Positions 46,134-49,523 of a DNA stretch of 49,523 nucleotides are shown here, one piece after another (position 1 is the stretch's first letter; each line of letters opens with the position of its first letter). A program made the translations under genes and the position numbers. The stretch is from Myxococcales bacterium (lineage in GTDB: Bacteria; Myxococcota_A; Bradymonadia; UBA7976; UBA1532). The stretch lies in assembly GCA_947488215.1 (NCBI GenBank), contig CANLBD010000002.1, positions 1-49,523 of the forward strand, read 5' to 3'. Below the pieces are notes generated by a model that worked only from the letters and a program-made list of their open reading frames with translations, was not told the origin of the DNA and ran no database searches.

Positions 46134-49100
46134 TCAGGGCGCCGGCTGCGCCTCGGGGCAGACCGCCGGCCACGGCTGCGGCGCGACGCCTTCGCGCGCG
46201 ACGAAGCACGTGTTGTAGGTCCGCACGATCAGGCAGCGCTGTTCGTCGTTCGTGTAGTACTGCAGCGCCGCGTCGACCTGCGTGTTATCGACGAGCGCGA
46301 GGCCCGCGCGCTGCGAGGTCCGCGCGTTTCGTGCGACCGCCGAGAACTGACCGCAGACGAACTCGACGCGGAGCAGCGAGATCTCGATGCGGAACTTCAC
46401 GGCGAGCATGAGACAGGCCTGAATGTTGCGGATGTAGACGCCCTCACCGGCCGCCTCGTAGAGGTCGTCGATCAAGTCCATCAGCAGCAGCTCGTTCTGG
46501 AGTGCCTGCTCATCGGTGATGCACTGGCCGGCATCGCACACGATCGCGATCGGCAGGCGCACCAAGTCCTGAATGCGCCCGAGTGTGTCGAGCGTGTCGA
46601 GCACCTGAGCGTGACCGGGACCGAGGTCGCCGGGCGCGCCGGAGTCGACATACGTCTGCAGCTCGGTACGGAGCTCGCCGAGCGCCGTGATCAGGTTCGT
46701 GTTGACCGCGTTCGCGTTCGCGACGCGGCGGACCGGGTCGGCGTTCGCACCCACCGGCTCCTGCACCGCGAACTTGTCGAAGCGGTTGCAGGGGTCGATC
46801 GCGTCTCGCAGGTAGAAGTACGCCTCATACCCTGCGCCGAAGAGGTCGCGCACAAGCTGAGCGCCCGCCGCCCCCGAAACATCTCGGCGGAAGTTCGGGT
46901 CGTCATAAATGGCCCGCAGATCCGCCAAGTAGCTGTCTGCGCGGACCACGGAGGGGTGGTCAGCGGGCACGGGGGCTCGGTTCTGCTCACCCGTCACGAC
47001 AGACGTTCGGAGCGCGGTGAGGTCGCGGAGCAGCGTGCGAGAGATAGCCCAGAGCAGGTTGCCGTAGTCACCTCCGGCCTCCTGCGAGCGCTTCACGTCG
47101 AACGTGATCGAGTCCCAGGCCACCCACGAATCACCGCGGCGGCCGTAACGCTCGGCCCACAGGCCACCGTCCTCAATCGTCGCCTGCGTGTTCAGGACGC
47201 GCCCCTTCGCGACGAGCGAGGCGTTGGGGTCGTTCCGCACCGCGGCGATGCGCGCATCGGCCACCTGCATCAGCTCCGCGAACGTGATCTCCCGCACGCG
47301 CAGGTTGATGCGCTGCGTCGTCGACGAGTCCCGGTCGTACACTGTGACGGTGACCGGGTAGTTGCCGGCGTCTTCGAAGATCCAGGTCGTCGATTCACCC
47401 GCGCGGTCCGGCTGGCCGTCGCCCGTAAAGTCCCACTCGATGCGGGTAATCGGGTCGCCGGGGGCACCCTGCGTGGCGTCGATGCTGAACCGCATGTCGG
47501 CGATCTCATACGCAGGGTCCGGCGGCGTCACCGCGTTGATGATCGGGTCGACGTCGCGCACGGTCACCGTGGTGACGACGCTCGCGTTGTTGTCCTCGTC
47601 CTGCACCGTGAGGCGCACGTTGTAGAGGCCGTCATTGAGCCATGTGTGCGTCACGGAGTTGGCCGCGGGCGCGACGACGACGCCGTTGGGCGTCCCGTCG
47701 TTGAAGTCCCACGTGTAGCGGGTGATCGCGTCGGCGGGGCTGAGCGAGCGGCTCGCCGCTCCGTCCAGCGTCAACGCGACGCCCTGCGGCACGACATAAG
47801 GGCCAGCCGCGCTCGCGATGGGCGTGATGTCCCGCACGGTGACCTGGAAGAGCTGGTCAGCGGAGCTCCCGAGCGAGTCCGTCGCGCGCAGTGTGCCCGT
47901 GAAGACGCCGTTCGCGTCCGTAGGGAAGGTGGCCAGCGGCGACGCGGAGGCGCCCATGGGGGCGTTGCTCGTGAAGTCGAAGGTCCCGTCGTTCGTGAAG
48001 TCCCACTCGTAGCGCACGATGCGGTCAATGGCCTCGGGCGCAGAGGACTCCGAAGCGTCCAGTTGGAGACCGCTGCCCTCGTCCACGATGTAGCTTGGGC
48101 GACCGACCGGTCCTGCGGGGTCCACGTTCGGGTGCCCCGCGATCTGCGCATCGGGCACGGGCGAACGGTTGACCGCGAAGTTCAGCAGCTGGTGACGCGG
48201 CGTGCCGGAGCAGTTCGTAATGGTCAGGTCGAGCGTGTAGGTGCCCGGCAGGTCGACGACCGAGTTCGCGACATAGTTGTTCGCCGCACCGCCGTTGTGC
48301 GCGAGCGTGGCCATGATGCTGTTCACGCAGTCTGCGGGGCCAACGACCATCCACGTCAGGCGCGTCGACTGCACGAGCTGACCCTCGGTCGCGCCGTTCA
48401 CAGTGACCTCGACCGGCTCGGCGACGCGCACGTTGCGCACCGCAGAACCGACGTTGCCGCACTTGTCCGTCGCCGTGACCGTGTACGTATCGCGGCAGCC
48501 GAGCTCAACCCGCGACTGCTCGACGCGGGGACTCGGATCGCCCGCATCCTGCACGCGCGGCTGCAAGTCGACGTTGGCGGCCTGGTTTGCCGGCAAGCAG
48601 ATGTTCTCGCTGATGAGCATGTTCCCGAAAGACACGGCGGGCGCCGTGCGGTCGAAGGTGATCGGGCCACCCGCGTTCACCGTCACTACGCCGCCTTGGT
48701 TGTCGTCGAACCGCACCTCGAGCGCGACGCCGCCCTCGGGGACGAGCGCGGGGTTCGCGATGCGGATTGTGCCGTTGACAGGCGTTCCGTTCGCGTTCGT
48801 CGCGACGTTGTTCTGGCGAGCGACCTCGACGCCACCCGCGAGTACGATGACTGTGACGGGATCACCCTCGGGGTCCGCGACGGAGTAAGCGACGTCGAAC
48901 GGCGCCGCACCGATGCAGACGGTCGGGTCGTCCGAGCGCGGCGAACGAATCTCGCCGACCGGCGGCGCCTCGAGCTGCACCCGGATGGTCGCCTGCGCGG
49001 GCTGGCTGCACAGGCGGGGGTTGCCCGAGTCGCACACGACCAAGTTGACGAGGAAGTCCTGGCCGATCTGCCAAGCGACGTTGCTGTAACCCGCGACAGT

Positions 49101-49523
49101 CGCGCCCTCAAAGTCGTCGAGGCCGCCGTTCGGACCGCCCACAACGCCGTTGTCGTCCGTACCGAAGAGGCCGTCATTGTCGGTGTCCCAGCGGTAGGTC
49201 GAGATGGCATCGCAGGGCGCGTTCGGGTCGCGCGAGTTGCGCCCATCGAGCGTCACGGTCGCGAATCCAGCGCCCACACGGCCCGTGACGTACGGACCGC
49301 CGGCGTTGGCGACGGGCGCGACGTTGACGAGGTTCAGGCGGACGTTGACGTTGACCGTCGCCGAGGTGTGGCCCGCTGCGTCGACGACGCGGACGCGGGC
49401 GACGTAGGGCGTTTGGAGCGCGGCCACGTTGCGGGTCACGCGGGCGCCCTGCGTCTCGAAGACGCCGTCGCCGTCGCCGTCGAAGTCCCACTCGTAGCGC
49501 GCGATCGCGAGGTTCGCATCTCC
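46134..49523 (-). CDS. Very large multi-PKD-domain protein (5' end beyond the right edge) with a helical C-terminal domain
   Basis: The frame is open to the edge (GDANLAIARYEWDFDGDGDG...). PVANAGGPY, YRWDTDNDG, YEWDFTNDG, YTWDFNDG and IEWDFTGDG are PKD motifs. Confidence 0.85.
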   Translation of the reverse strand, partial: GDANLAIARYEWDFDGDGDGVFETQGARVTRNVAALQTPYVARVRVVDAAGHTSATVNVNVRLNLVNVAPVANAGGPYVTGRVGAGFATVTLDGRNSRDPNAPCDAISTYRWDTDNDGLFGTDDNGVVGGPNGGLDDFEGATVAGYSNVAWQIGQDFLVNLVVCDSGNPRLCSQPAQATIRVQLEAPPVGEIRSPRSDDPTVCIGAAPFDVAYSVADPEGDPVTVIVLAGGVEVARQNNVATNANGTPVNGTIRIANPALVPEGGVALEVRFDDNQGGVVTVNAGGPITFDRTAPAVSFGNMLISENICLPANQAANVDLQPRVQDAGDPSPRVEQSRVELGCRDTYTVTATDKCGNVGSAVRNVRVAEPVEVTVNGATEGQLVQSTRLTWMVVGPADCVNSIMATLAHNGGAANNYVANSVVDLPGTYTLDLTITNCSGTPRHQLLNFAVNRSPVPDAQIAGHPNVDPAGPVGRPSYIVDEGSGLQLDASESSAPEAIDRIVRYEWDFTNDGTFDFTSNAPMGASASPLATFPTDANGVFTGTLRATDSLGSSADQLFQVTVRDITPIASAAGPYVVPQGVALTLDGAASRSLSPADAITRYTWDFNDGTPNGVVVAPAANSVTHTWLNDGLYNVRLTVQDEDNNASVVTTVTVRDVDPIINAVTPPDPAYEIADMRFSIDATQGAPGDPITRIEWDFTGDGQPDRAGESTTWIFEDAGNYPVTVTVYDRDSSTTQRINLRVREITFAELMQVADARIAAVRNDPNASLVAKGRVLNTQATIEDGGLWAERYGRRGDSWVAWDSITFDVKRSQEAGGDYGNLLWAISRTLLRDLTALRTSVVTGEQNRAPVPADHPSVVRADSYLADLRAIYDDPNFRRDVSGAAGAQLVRDLFGAGYEAYFYLRDAIDPCNRFDKFAVQEPVGANADPVRRVANANAVNTNLITALGELRTELQTYVDSGAPGDLGPGHAQVLDTLDTLGRIQDLVRLPIAIVCDAGQCITDEQALQNELLLMDLIDDLYEAAGEGVYIRNIQACLMLAVKFRIEISLLRVEFVCGQFSAVARNARTSQRAGLALVDNTQVDAALQYYTNDEQRCLIVRTYNTCFVAREGVAPQPWPAVCPEAQPAP

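Overview
A very GC-rich (about 70% by eye), gene-dense bacterial chromosome segment with Myxococcota-like content: two Hanks-type Ser/Thr kinases, Cys-rich lipoproteins, a TSP3/OmpA protein, giant PKD proteins and a sigma54-like promoter. The taxonomy is inferred from this gene content. About 35 CDS are supported, including cinA (partial), greB, a dusB-like gene, gluQ, sodB, ino1, dinB, speA, gloB, an ECF sigma/anti-sigma/DUF3106-like trio and two MFS transporters. I saw no rRNA, tRNA, CRISPR array, transposase or phage gene. Five items stand out. (1) An ino1 + bifunctional IPCT/DIPPS-type operon (CDP-inositol route) has a GlpT-like transporter and an alkyl-DHAP-synthase-like gene nearby, and may make inositol ether lipids or DIP. 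(2) A 41-aa Lys/Arg-rich ORF missing from the ORF track has its own promoter, RBS and hairpin, and resembles a small ribosomal or nucleoid protein. (3) A cluster of more than 11 kb encodes large secreted PKD/Cys-rich proteins, two of which share a Cys-patterned module. (4) There is a degenerate Tex paralogue. (5) A stand-alone winged-helix protein is coupled to speA. All family assignments come from motif recognition, not database searches.
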